In this document: positions 17,911 through 28,032 of the stretch, one piece after another | How the letters are laid out: each line of letters starts with the position of its first letter | How positions within the stretch are numbered: the stretch's first letter is position 1 | Assembly: GCA_037441675.1 (NCBI GenBank) | Contig: JBBIRS010000003.1 | Coordinates: 128,001 to 192,000, forward strand | Length of the DNA stretch: 64,000 nucleotides | From: Planctomycetales bacterium | Lineage (GTDB): Bacteria > 4484-113 | Direction: 5' to 3' | Notes under the pieces: model-generated | What the model saw: only the letters and a program-made list of their open reading frames with translations | What the model was told of the DNA's origin: nothing | Databases searched by the model: none | Translations under genes and position numbers: made by a program

Positions 17911-19470
17911 ATGACTTCTCAATCGGGTTTAGGGCTAATAATTTGTGATGGTATATACGACAGACCTGGATTGTTCGCGCTTAGAATTTCCAATGGGAAG
18001 TTTTCAGAGATTGAGCAGATTACTCAGGATGAGGTTTCAAAACTCCTAGGAGCACAACCGCCACCGCTTGACTTAAGGGGGAAGATAATTCTTCCTGGTT
18101 TTGTGGATTCCCACGTTCACCTGATTGGAAGCGCGCTTTACTCTATGACGATTGATCTTGCTAGCGTGAAAAGCCTTGATGATATTTTTAGCATCATTCA
18201 GGTAAACGAACATACTATCGCTTCCTTTATTCTCGCAGGAAGACTTGATGTTTCAAAGCTTAAACCTGAGGAGAGAGAGAAGTTTCCTTCTTTTCTTGAA
18301 AGCGCCTTTGATATGCCAATCCTGATACGCTCGGTTGAACACCATTCAGCATTCTTGAACCGCTTAGCTTGGGAAAGGCTAGAGGTGGAAAAGCTTGCGG
18401 ATGAGTTGCAGATTAGTAAGAGGGAGCTTTCAAGGATGAGAAGCCTTGGTCGTATTAGCGGGAAACTTTATGAAGCTTTGGCGGAAAGACTTTACGATGA
18501 ATTCAGCGAAGAGGATAAAAAGCGATGCGTGGAGGATTTCCTAAAAACGTTGCCTCCCCTCGGAGTGACCTGCGTTCACTGCCTAGAGGGATATGGCTCA
18601 AATCCCGAAACTGATTTCAAGGTCATACTTGACGTAAATGAAAGAAAAAGTGAGATAGATTTGGTGCTTTATCCGAGAACTTTAGATGTTGGGGTTGTTA
18701 AAAAGTACGCACTTCCAAGGATTGGTGGATGCATTCTGATTGACGGCGCGGTTGGGGCGAGAACTGCAGCTTTTTCGTCTGAGTACAATGACAGTCAAGA
18801 CAATTTTGGAATAATTTACTTCAGCGATGAGAAACTTAAGAAGCTAATACATTCTTGCGCGAGTGAAAAGATACAACTTGCGGTGCACGCCATTGGAGAT
18901 TCTGCGATTGAACAGGTGTTATGTGCCTGCGAAGAGGTTGCCAAGTTGGTTGATCTGGAGCCATTGAGAATCAGGATTGAGCATTTATGCGGTGGGACAA
19001 GAGAACAGATTGAGCGCGCCGGCAAACTTGGCATTACTAGCGGAATGCAACCCGCTTTTGACCACTTTTTTGGAGGAAGAAATGGCGTTTATGCCTCTGC
19101 GCTGGGTGAGGAGAGGGCGCTTAGAATGAACCCCATACGCACAGCGTTTTGTTCTAAGATGAAAATTGGTGGAGGCTCTGATTCACCAATAACTCCACTC
19201 AACCCAGCCCTTGGAATTTACTCTGCGTGCAACCATAACAATCCTTCTGAAAGGCTTAGCTTTCAGGAGGCGGTTTGCCTATTTACCGAAGGAAGCGCAT
19301 ATCTTGCCTGTGAAGAGAACCTTAGGGGGAAAATTGAAAAAGGGTATCTTGCTGATTATGTGGTTTTCTCAAAAGGGTTAAATGGGGAAAACATACTTGC
19401 TAGTGCGCCTCTTTTAACAGTGAAGAGCGGAATAATCACTTATAATCCCGAAGAAGCTCATTGTTCCTAG
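17911..19470 (+). CDS. Amidohydrolase (YtcJ / amidohydrolase_3-like)
   Basis: PGFVDSHVH, HAIGD, RIEH, GSDSP, GKIEKGYLAD. Confidence 0.9.
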   Translation: MTSQSGLGLIICDGIYDRPGLFALRISNGKFSEIEQITQDEVSKLLGAQPPPLDLRGKIILPGFVDSHVHLIGSALYSMTIDLASVKSLDDIFSIIQVNEHTIASFILAGRLDVSKLKPEEREKFPSFLESAFDMPILIRSVEHHSAFLNRLAWERLEVEKLADELQISKRELSRMRSLGRISGKLYEALAERLYDEFSEEDKKRCVEDFLKTLPPLGVTCVHCLEGYGSNPETDFKVILDVNERKSEIDLVLYPRTLDVGVVKKYALPRIGGCILIDGAVGARTAAFSSEYNDSQDNFGIIYFSDEKLKKLIHSCASEKIQLAVHAIGDSAIEQVLCACEEVAKLVDLEPLRIRIEHLCGGTREQIERAGKLGITSGMQPAFDHFFGGRNGVYASALGEERALRMNPIRTAFCSKMKIGGGSDSPITPLNPALGIYSACNHNNPSERLSFQEAVCLFTEGSAYLACEENLRGKIEKGYLADYVVFSKGLNGENILASAPLLTVKSGIITYNPEEAHCS

Positions 19471-19482
19471 CTTTAGCATTTT

Positions 19483-19500
19483 GCTTGATTGAAATCAAGC
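19483..19500. promoter_or_regulatory. FNR/CRP-family consensus-like palindrome
   Basis: GCTTGAT-TGAA-ATCAAGC contains a perfect TTGAT-N4-ATCAA; intergenic. Confidence 0.45.
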
Positions 19501-19634
19501 TTATAATAATTATATCTAGTCTAAGTCTCAATATTATGATATTTTATAATGGGCTGTGTTCGGTAGTGAGAAGGATATATAAATTGTTCCTATTAGACTG
19601 GTCATCTTTTCTTTGATAAACTGATTGATGCTTT

Positions 19635-20339
19635 ATGGCGAAACCTATTAGTTTATATGGAGTGAGAAGGAAGGTTCTGGACTTGATAAGAAACGGCAAA
19701 TTTTACGAGACATTTTTAGGCAAGGGAGAATCATCAAAGGATGGCTCTATTATCTTCGAGAGAAAGGGATGGAAGTACGAAATCGCTTCAGGTGGCTCTT
19801 CATCTTACTTCACCGGCTGGATAACCTTTGCGGTAGAAGAGCTGGAACCTGAGCTTAGTAAGCTTGATAGTCTGGGAATCAAGCATGAGGAGTTGATACC
19901 GCCGTGGTTGGAGCCTGAGGCTAAGGTCTCTCGCTTCTTTGAGCCTGACGGATTGATGCTTCAACTTGAGGAAAGCACGGGCATAACCGGAGGTAAGGAC
20001 GACATAGTTCTTGGAGTGAGAGATTTTCGCAAGGCGATTAGGACTTATACCAAGGCTTTTGGCTTTGAGGTTATAAGAAATGAATCAATTTTCGCGGAAC
20101 TTACATTGAATGATGGACCTGTTCTGTGTTTATTAAAGGTTGATCAAGTATTAAAGCCACTTGGAACAATCATTTTAGAGACGGGGGATCTACCATCAAG
20201 TCTTCAAGCTATTGAAGATGCGGGGCTAAGAATAATCGGTGAGCCCAAAATTCAAGAGGATGGAACAAACACCGCCTTGATTAGGGATGATGATGAAAAC
20301 ATTTTCTTATTGCGGAGTTGCAAAGATTCAGGCATGTAG
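19635..20339 (+). CDS. VOC/glyoxalase-fold protein (two domains)
   Basis: ITFAVEEL..FFEPDGLMLQL and LGVRDFRKAIRTYTKAFGF..IRDDDENIFLL. Confidence 0.75.
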   Translation: MAKPISLYGVRRKVLDLIRNGKFYETFLGKGESSKDGSIIFERKGWKYEIASGGSSSYFTGWITFAVEELEPELSKLDSLGIKHEELIPPWLEPEAKVSRFFEPDGLMLQLEESTGITGGKDDIVLGVRDFRKAIRTYTKAFGFEVIRNESIFAELTLNDGPVLCLLKVDQVLKPLGTIILETGDLPSSLQAIEDAGLRIIGEPKIQEDGTNTALIRDDDENIFLLRSCKDSGM

Positions 20340-20456
20340 TAATATATTATTCATATCTAGATAATAAATTAGTGGAGTTATAGTGGATTTTCAAATAAAA
20401 GTGATTTCTGCCCCTATGGTTCAGTCGGGAGAGAAATTGCTAGAAATTAGTAAATT

Positions 20457-23438
20457 ATGAGCACTGAGGTTAAAGGTATTCCGTATGGTCAGCAACATGA
20501 CCAGCTAAGCACATCCTTACTTGAAGACCTTCAGTCCCTGTTTGAGACAAGCAAGGACCCAATGACGCGTAGCGCGCTTAAGCTTGAAGCTGGTGAGTTA
20601 AGAAATCTTGCCATACTCTTTCTTGATATTCAAGGGTTTACTACACTCTCAGAAAGGCTAAAGGCTGAAGAGGTTCACAAGCTTATAGATAGGATTTTCA
20701 AGATACTTACCAATCTTATCCAACGACATGATGGTTATGTAGATAAGTACTTAGGAGATGGGCTTTTGGCGGTTTTCGGCGGGAAGGGGAAGGCTGAAGC
20801 CTGCTGTGAGAGAGCGGTTAGGGCTGGTCTTTCAGTTCTTGATAGTGTTGGGTCTATAAATGAGATACTTTCCCCACACGGAATTGAAATTAAGATTCGT
20901 ATTGGGATAAATTACGGAGAAGTTTCGATCGGTTCAGTTGGCTCGTTAGGGACATGGGATACCGTGATGGGAGACACGGTGAATACCGCCCAGCGAATCC
21001 AAAGTGCCGCAAGACCCAACACCATTTTAGTGACTCGTAGTATTACGCGAATGCTTGGTGATGCGTTCTTATATACCAATGAAAGAGACATTATCATAAA
21101 GGGTAAGGCGGATGCACTTCCTGTGGTGGAGGTCTCGGGGGTAAATGTTAGAAAAAGTGAGCGTTGGGAGAGGCACCACCTTGCCGCTAAGATCCCCTTT
21201 GTGGGAAGGATTAAAGAGTTGGATATGCTTTCCAACATTTGCGATGAGGCAAAGTTGACCTGCTATCCGCCAGAATTTTGGGATATAGGAAGCACGGAGA
21301 TTCATTACCGAAATCGCCTGATTGGCGTTAAGGGGGGAGCTGGTTTCGGGAAGAGCAGACTTGTGAACGAGTTCTTCCGTCGTTTAAGATTGCAAGAAGG
21401 CTCCGCGCCATTAATCATCATTGGTGAGTGCCCTAACTATCCAACTAGTTATTTACACCCCTTTGCGTCAATGCTTTATCGCGAGCTTCAGCTATCTCCC
21501 AACGCAAGTCCCAAGGAGAAGACTTTTTATTTAGAGAGCTTTTATCAAGAATTGTTGGAGTCCCTGCCTGACACCCTCTCCTCACTTAAGGAAAGATTAT
21601 TATCTACGAAAATTGCTGTTTTTCACCAGCTTTCAGCAAGCGCTGACTATTCTAAATTTAATGAGCTTGACGCAAAATCGGAGGACATTGAGAAAAGGCT
21701 TGGTTTTCGTTCCATTATAGAGGCTTTATATTACAAGAAGAACTTAAGGCACTTGGATATCATTAAAGATTTTTGGGACAAGAAACCGAGCACCATCAGG
21801 GCATCCGTGAATAAACCCGGACGGAAAATTCCGCCTCTTCCAGAGGATTGTCCGTTGAACACGGTAATAATACTGGTAGACGACCTTCATTTTGCCCAAT
21901 CCGCTACCGTTGATTATATTCAGTTCTTATTGGAGACCACTTGTCTTCCTCAACCAATGATAGTAATGGTGAATTTTCGAACGGAATACCACCTTCCACC
22001 CACTTTGCTTAAGTGCGTTCAACCTGTGGAAGTTATGGTTGGGGAGTTAAGAGAAATTGAGCTTCGCACCATACTATCAGCAATGCTTGATGGTTATAGG
22101 ATACCACTTGAGCTTGAGTTAGAGATATTTAAGAAGTGTGATGGTAACCCCTTTTACCTTGAGGAAATTGTTTATTACATGCTTGTTGAAGGTTTTCTTG
22201 TGTTTGATGAGAGTGCGCAGGGTTACCAACTTACAAGACCTCTTTCTGAGTTTAGAATACCTGCGCATCTGAATGACCTAGCAGTTGGAAGAATTGACAG
22301 TCTGGATAAGCCATTAAAGGTTTTGGCGCAGAAGGCTAGTGTTCTTGGGCGTGAGTTTTCCTATGGAGACTTGGTTAAGTTAGAAGAAAGACTTGGGCTC
22401 TCCGTTAACGGCGAGATTGAAAATGCTTTGGAGACGCTTGTTGACGCTCAGATCCTAATCCGAAAAGAAGAAGGCGAGAATGGCAAAGGCGAGGATGAAG
22501 CTTATATGTTTCGCCACGCAATTCAGCAAGAAGCCGCTTACAGGACGCTTCTATACCGCAACCGAAGAACACTTCACAGAATTGCTGCAGAAATTTATGA
22601 GGAGAAATATGCGGATGATATTGATGGACACGTTGAATTCCTAGCCTACCATAATGAGAATGCTGGTAATCTTGCAAAAGCTTGTGAATATTGGATTAGA
22701 TTTGCGGAGATATTGAACCTGCGTGGACAGTTTAAGCAATGCAGTGAAGTTCTTGAGCGTGTTCCAAAAATTATCGCTCAAATAGAGGACTCTCCTGAAG
22801 TTGCGCTACAACTAAGCCTTAAAGCTAAAATTGCCCAAGCTCACGTTTATATTAGCCTGCTTCGGCATCAGGAAGCTGAGGATTTGTGCCAAGAAGCGGG
22901 AGCAATAGCTAGGGTTAACGGTCTGCAAGCTTTTATCGCCGATGTTGAAAGAACGATGGGAATTATTTGCCGTGAAAGACATCGTTATCTTAACGCTGAG
23001 GAGCAGTTTAATGGTTCACTAGTTATTGCAAGGGAGTTAGGTGATAAACGTAGAGAGGCACGCGCATTGAACAACCTTGGTCTCCTCTATTGGGAGTTAC
23101 AGCAGTATGACCGTTCTCTGGAGATGTTTGCCCAGGCTTTGGAGATAGCGAAGGAATTGGGACAAAAGCGAGAAATAGCCGCAGCATTAAATAACACTGG
23201 CTTAGCCTATGGTCATAAGAGTGGTTATAAGGAAGGATTGGACTATCTGGAAGAAGCCTTACTAATTGTGCAAGATGTTGGAGATAGATGGGCGGAGGCT
23301 AATGTTTTAGCCAACATTGGCCTCTTTCATGCAAACCGCGGTAGGTATGACTTAGTAAAACAGTATACTCCAAAAGCTGAAAGAATCAGGGCTGAGCTTG
23401 GAATTAAGGGTAGAGCTCTTACCGCCTGGTGGGTATAA
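20457..23438 (+). CDS. Class III adenylate/guanylate cyclase fused to AAA ATPase and TPR repeats
   Basis: ILFLDIQGFT, DKYLGD, GDTVNTAQR; Walker A GGAGFGKS; Walker B ILVDDLH; GNPFY; C-terminal TPRs. Confidence 0.92.
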   Translation: MSTEVKGIPYGQQHDQLSTSLLEDLQSLFETSKDPMTRSALKLEAGELRNLAILFLDIQGFTTLSERLKAEEVHKLIDRIFKILTNLIQRHDGYVDKYLGDGLLAVFGGKGKAEACCERAVRAGLSVLDSVGSINEILSPHGIEIKIRIGINYGEVSIGSVGSLGTWDTVMGDTVNTAQRIQSAARPNTILVTRSITRMLGDAFLYTNERDIIIKGKADALPVVEVSGVNVRKSERWERHHLAAKIPFVGRIKELDMLSNICDEAKLTCYPPEFWDIGSTEIHYRNRLIGVKGGAGFGKSRLVNEFFRRLRLQEGSAPLIIIGECPNYPTSYLHPFASMLYRELQLSPNASPKEKTFYLESFYQELLESLPDTLSSLKERLLSTKIAVFHQLSASADYSKFNELDAKSEDIEKRLGFRSIIEALYYKKNLRHLDIIKDFWDKKPSTIRASVNKPGRKIPPLPEDCPLNTVIILVDDLHFAQSATVDYIQFLLETTCLPQPMIVMVNFRTEYHLPPTLLKCVQPVEVMVGELREIELRTILSAMLDGYRIPLELELEIFKKCDGNPFYLEEIVYYMLVEGFLVFDESAQGYQLTRPLSEFRIPAHLNDLAVGRIDSLDKPLKVLAQKASVLGREFSYGDLVKLEERLGLSVNGEIENALETLVDAQILIRKEEGENGKGEDEAYMFRHAIQQEAAYRTLLYRNRRTLHRIAAEIYEEKYADDIDGHVEFLAYHNENAGNLAKACEYWIRFAEILNLRGQFKQCSEVLERVPKIIAQIEDSPEVALQLSLKAKIAQAHVYISLLRHQEAEDLCQEAGAIARVNGLQAFIADVERTMGIICRERHRYLNAEEQFNGSLVIARELGDKRREARALNNLGLLYWELQQYDRSLEMFAQALEIAKELGQKREIAAALNNTGLAYGHKSGYKEGLDYLEEALLIVQDVGDRWAEANVLANIGLFHANRGRYDLVKQYTPKAERIRAELGIKGRALTAWWV

Positions 23439-23645
23439 GCTCTCGGCGTTTGATAACAATAGCATACTACGTTTTAGAATTTGTTAATAGAATCGCTAAA
23501 AGTTTATTTCCCTCATATCTAATAACTTTATATTTCAATAACCCATATTCAATAAAGATAAACTTTGCGAGAAAGAGAATAAATGTGAAATCGCAATCCC
23601 TCATATACCTGATTGTATGTGTTTAGAAGAAATACTATTGAAGTT

Positions 23646-24752
23646 TTAGCAGTCCTGATTTTTGAAAAACTCTCTTCTAAGCGCATCCAAAAAGCCCTTG
23701 AACTCAAAGAGTTGAGGAACGAACAGTCTGTAATACTCATCAATTTCGCCACTTATAGGTTTATAAGTGGAGAAATCGGCGCTTCGCCATGGGTCGGTAA
23801 CTAGATAAAGGGTGCCCTCCTTGTCCACAGTAATCCCTTCAAGGGAATAGTACTGAAATTCCCTTCCAAATGGGTCAACAAGTTCTTGAATTGGCATTGG
23901 TAGGGCATTCTCCGGGCAAAGTTCTTTTGTTTTCTGTTTCAAAATTTTCTCAACGTTGAAATTGCGGATTGCGAAAATTTTACTTGCGTTCCTATCACAG
24001 ACGAGCAGAGTCTTTAGCTCAACGCAAAAGAAAAGTCCGGAACAACTGAGAAAATAATCTGGAAGCTTAATATGCTGAATAAACTTGTGGGTGGTTACAT
24101 CGTCTGTGCCCAAAAAGAGCTTGTAGATGCTTAAGTAGGGAGGTAGGGGTGGAAATGAGAACTGATTTCCCTCCCATCCGACAATGAGGTAATTATTTTC
24201 CGGATCAAAGGCTAAACCCTCAGGACCTGTATTGCTTTTCTTTTTGTAACCAGGTGGAAGTTCAAGCTTGATTCTCTCATCAAGGATAAATTTATCTTCA
24301 AGTAGACTAAGGATTCTTACCTCTGTATCTCCAGCTTCAAGGGTAACCGCAATTTCTTTGGTGGCGGGAAGTAGTGTTACTTCCTCTAAGTCTAGGTTGT
24401 TTCTCCATTCAGGAATACGGATTGAAAGCATATTTGAGAGATAATGATCAGTGAGATTAAAGAGAAAGACATTACCCGAATCATCACCAACCGAAATAAA
24501 TCGATAGCCTGGAAATACATTCATGTATTCAGGGTAATCGCCTAGTGCATAAATTCCACTAGTTTGGTCCTGGCTGGAAGTGGGCTGACCTGGTAGTGCT
24601 AACCAGTAGCTTACGTTCTCCTCTATTTTTGTGTTTCCAACCTGTATGTAACCTTTTGCGAGGGTTGTGATAGGCTGAGACAGCAAGATAAACATAATTA
24701 GAGATGATAGAGCCAGCGAAGTACTCATGTGGGATTCATAATGGATTCTCAT
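23646..24752 (-). CDS. Secreted beta-propeller protein (SdiA-regulated / phytase-like esterase type)
   Basis: Signal peptide; repeats DLEEVT, NTGPEGLAFD, LEGITVD. Confidence 0.6.
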   Translation of the reverse strand: MRIHYESHMSTSLALSSLIMFILLSQPITTLAKGYIQVGNTKIEENVSYWLALPGQPTSSQDQTSGIYALGDYPEYMNVFPGYRFISVGDDSGNVFLFNLTDHYLSNMLSIRIPEWRNNLDLEEVTLLPATKEIAVTLEAGDTEVRILSLLEDKFILDERIKLELPPGYKKKSNTGPEGLAFDPENNYLIVGWEGNQFSFPPLPPYLSIYKLFLGTDDVTTHKFIQHIKLPDYFLSCSGLFFCVELKTLLVCDRNASKIFAIRNFNVEKILKQKTKELCPENALPMPIQELVDPFGREFQYYSLEGITVDKEGTLYLVTDPWRSADFSTYKPISGEIDEYYRLFVPQLFEFKGFLDALRREFFKNQDC

Positions 24753-24889
24753 TTATCTATACCTCCTAACACTTTTCAGATTTTACAAAAAGATGATTTT
24801 TCTGTCTGGGAATTTTAATCTCATTCCAAACGGTGTTGCAATTATAATTGTGCTATTCTCATTAGTGATATCTAACAGGTGGGCGCTTA

Positions 24890-25393
24890 ATGTTCAGAAC
24901 AATAGAAGATTTTCTAACGGTCTGGAACCAAGAAGCTCGAATAACAAGCAAACTCTTCGCAGGCTTAACGGATGAGTTGCTCGGTAGGAAAGTAACAGAG
25001 GAGGAAAGAGATATCGCTAGGATCGCTTGACATATCATAGTTACAATTTCAGAAATGATGGGACGATGCGGTTTAGTACTACCGCAGTTGGATGAGAACT
25101 CTCCTATTCCATCAAGTGCGGAGGTACTTAAGGATACTTATGAAAAACTGGCGCATGCCCTTTACAAGGCTGTGATGACCAATTGGGCTGACGAGACGCT
25201 ACTTGTTGAAGATGAAATGTACGGGGAGAGATGGAAGCGCGGGCAAACTTTGCTTGCCCTCGTGTCCCATCAAGCTCACCATCGTAACCAGATTAGCGTG
25301 CTTGTTCGTCAAGCAGGATTAAAGCCAACAAGTATTTATGGCCCAACCCGTGAGCAGTGGGCAGAGTATGGTATGGAAGCACCAAAGGTATGA
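24890..25393 (+). pseudogene. DinB/YfiT-family metalloprotein with internal TGA
   Basis: MFRTIEDFL..DIARIA*HIIVTISEMM..HQAHHRNQISVL; in-frame TGA at 25028-25030. Confidence 0.8.
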
Positions 25394-25621
25394 ACGATTT
25401 AGCTTCCTTGTAATACTTTAATTGACGGCTTTACAACAATGAACGGCTTTACAACTGCCCGAAAAGTATTATGATTATTTAACCTTAATGTGCCAGGGCT
25501 TAGCAAGGTAGATGATATTGTTGATAAAGTATTAACAAGAGATTATTATCTCTGTATAATAACTCCCTCTTAAATCCTTTATCTAAATTTTAATTGAAAT
25601 TATTCGGAGGAAAAAGTATCA

Positions 25622-27775
25622 ATGGCATTACTCTTTGTGAACAACAGTACAATCAGTGAGTTTATGTGGCTTGCTGTGCCTATTGGTTCTGCCATCGCTC
25701 TATTAACAGCGGTTTATTTTATCTTCTGGGTATTGAAGCAGGAAAGAGGGACAGAAAAGATGCAGGAGGTTGCTCGGGCGATACGTGAGGGTGCGTTCGC
25801 TTTTCTTAGAAGGCAGTACGGGACTATTTACGGCATCTCCTTTCTAGTTGTAATAATACTTTTCTTTGTTCCAATGACGGATGAGCATGGCGAAAGAATT
25901 CCAGGATACATCTTATCCCTATCGTTCTTGTTGGGAGCGATATGCTCTGGGCTTGCTGGTTACATTGGGATGTATACCTCAGTTATCAGCAATTTGAGAG
26001 CAGCGAAAGGCGCGATGAAATCCCTGAATAGCGCCTTACAAATCGCGCTACGTGGGGGCGCAGTTACGGGAATTTTTGTTGTTGCTCTTTCTCTTATAGG
26101 AGTTGGAACTCTATATTGGGTTGTTGCAGATGTTCTTGGTTATGCCAATAAAGCACCGCTATTCATTGTGGGTTTTGGCTTTGGCGCCAGTTTTGTTGCC
26201 CTATTTGCTCAGTTAGGCGGAGGGATTTACACGAAGGCGGCTGACGTTGGTGCTGACCTTGTCGGTAAGGTCGAGGCAGGTATCCCGGAGGATGACCCAA
26301 GAAACCCCGCGGTTATCGCAGACTTAGTTGGCGATAATGTTGGCGACTGCGCAGGTCGCGGTGCTGACCTCTTTGAATCTACTGCCGCTGAGAATATCGG
26401 CGCTATGATACTTGGTGTGGGGCTTTTTCATTTCTTTGGTCTTGGTGGAATTCTCTTCCCACTAGTGGTTCGAGCCTTTGGGCTTCTTGCATCAATTATC
26501 GGCGTTTTCTTTAGCCATGTGAAAGAACACGAAAATCCAATGAGTGGGTTGAAACGCGGATACTTTGTGACATCCATTTTAGCGGTTATAGGAATTGCGG
26601 TTTCAACCTACTTTATGTTAAACGCGGAGGGAGTGCGGTGGTACTTCTTTTTTCTGGCAGGCGTTGTCGGTGTGGTTTTAGCTTACGTATTTGTGGCGGT
26701 AACGCAGTACTACACTGATTACTACTATAAGCCTGTTCTTGGTATAGCGGAGGCTACAACTACGGGGCCCGCCACAGCGGTTATACGGGGAACTGCGGTT
26801 GGATTTGAAAGCACCGCCATTCCAACTATTGCGATTGTGATAGCGATTATTTCCGCCTTTGAGTTTGGCAAGCTAGCGTTTGCTGGCGTGCCCGGAGTAT
26901 CGCTACTATCTGCTGGGCTTTATGGAACTGCGGTTGCAACAATGGGTATGCTTTCCACCTGCGCATTTATCCTTGCGATGGATACCTTTGGGCCCATCAC
27001 GGATAATGCAGGAGGAATAGTCCAGATGAGCGGTCTAGAAGATACCATTAGGGAAAGAGCTGATAGGCTAGATTCAACCGGGAATTCAACTAAAGCGATA
27101 ACCAAGGGCTACGCGGTTGGTTCTGCGGCGCTTGCCGCATTCCTCTTGTTCGCCGCTTACATTGACAAGGTCAAATTTGCCAGCGGGATACCCCTTGAAG
27201 CTGAGTATCCTATTGATATTGGAAAGCCGGAAGTTTTTGCCGCTGCGTTTATCGGCTGTATGGTAGTGCTTCTCTTTAGCGCGTGGGCGATTAAGGCGGT
27301 TGGTAGGGCTGCTCAATCTGTTATCCAGGAGGTAAGAAGACAGATAAGGGAGCTTGGCATTCTAGAAGGAAGAAATAAACCAAATTACGCTAGATGCGTT
27401 GATATTGTAACCGTTGGCGCGCTTAATGAGATGGTATTACCTGGAATTTTGCCAGCAATAGCCGCGCTTATTGTTGGAATTACCCTAAAGGCGGAAGCGG
27501 TAGCTGCCTTCCTAATGGTTGCTACCATCACTGGAGTAATTATTGCGCTTTATCTAAATAACTCGGGTGGAGCGATGGACAACGCCAAAAAGTACGTAGA
27601 GTTAGGCAACTACGGTGGTAAGGGAAGCGATGCACACAAAGCAGGGGTGGTTATTGATACGGTCGGTGATCCATTCAAGGACACCGCAGGTCCAAGTATC
27701 CACGTTCTTATAAAGCTGTTGTCAACTATTACGCTTGTCCTGTCTGGGCTTTTTATCAGTAGTGGATACTTTTAA
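25622..27775 (+). CDS. hppA: Membrane-bound pyrophosphatase, predicted K+-independent H+-PPase
   Basis: GGIYTKAADVGADLVGKVE, DNVGDCAG, GPITDNAGG; GNSTKA has Lys at the Ala/Lys determinant. Confidence 0.95.
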   Translation: MALLFVNNSTISEFMWLAVPIGSAIALLTAVYFIFWVLKQERGTEKMQEVARAIREGAFAFLRRQYGTIYGISFLVVIILFFVPMTDEHGERIPGYILSLSFLLGAICSGLAGYIGMYTSVISNLRAAKGAMKSLNSALQIALRGGAVTGIFVVALSLIGVGTLYWVVADVLGYANKAPLFIVGFGFGASFVALFAQLGGGIYTKAADVGADLVGKVEAGIPEDDPRNPAVIADLVGDNVGDCAGRGADLFESTAAENIGAMILGVGLFHFFGLGGILFPLVVRAFGLLASIIGVFFSHVKEHENPMSGLKRGYFVTSILAVIGIAVSTYFMLNAEGVRWYFFFLAGVVGVVLAYVFVAVTQYYTDYYYKPVLGIAEATTTGPATAVIRGTAVGFESTAIPTIAIVIAIISAFEFGKLAFAGVPGVSLLSAGLYGTAVATMGMLSTCAFILAMDTFGPITDNAGGIVQMSGLEDTIRERADRLDSTGNSTKAITKGYAVGSAALAAFLLFAAYIDKVKFASGIPLEAEYPIDIGKPEVFAAAFIGCMVVLLFSAWAIKAVGRAAQSVIQEVRRQIRELGILEGRNKPNYARCVDIVTVGALNEMVLPGILPAIAALIVGITLKAEAVAAFLMVATITGVIIALYLNNSGGAMDNAKKYVELGNYGGKGSDAHKAGVVIDTVGDPFKDTAGPSIHVLIKLLSTITLVLSGLFISSGYF

Positions 27776-27829
27776 GAAGAATCTGCGGTAAACAACAAGA
27801 GTTAGACTGTTTATTATGGGAATTCTTCA

Positions 27830-27950
27830 GTAGGCTTGCCCGCCACTGCGGGGTACAAGTCCCCTTCAGGGTGAACCTGCCCAAGAGGAGGGGAAGAGGC
27901 ACGCCTTAAACGGGCGTGATCCAGATTTTAGAGCAAACACTCCGCCCTAC
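27830..27950. repeat. REP-like modular palindromic repeat, copy A
   Basis: GTAGG...CCGCCCTAC ends; 30-nt exact match to copy B; GGCACGCC..ACGGGCGTGATCCA shared with copy C. Confidence 0.75.
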
Positions 27951-28032
27951 GGGTTCTTAGTTTGGAATAGTCAAACCGATAAAAGTAGGCAACGGTTTAA
28001 CGATTGAACTTGGGATAATTAAACGAAGAAGA

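Noticed and set aside
25028..25030. Alternative genetic code or selenocysteine
   Set aside because: TGA is the true stop of rpmH and other genes; the position corresponds to Trp rather than Cys.
25425..25455. Direct repeat ACGGCTTTACAAC x2
   Set aside because: Two copies with a 5-nt gap; not a CRISPR array and no other support.
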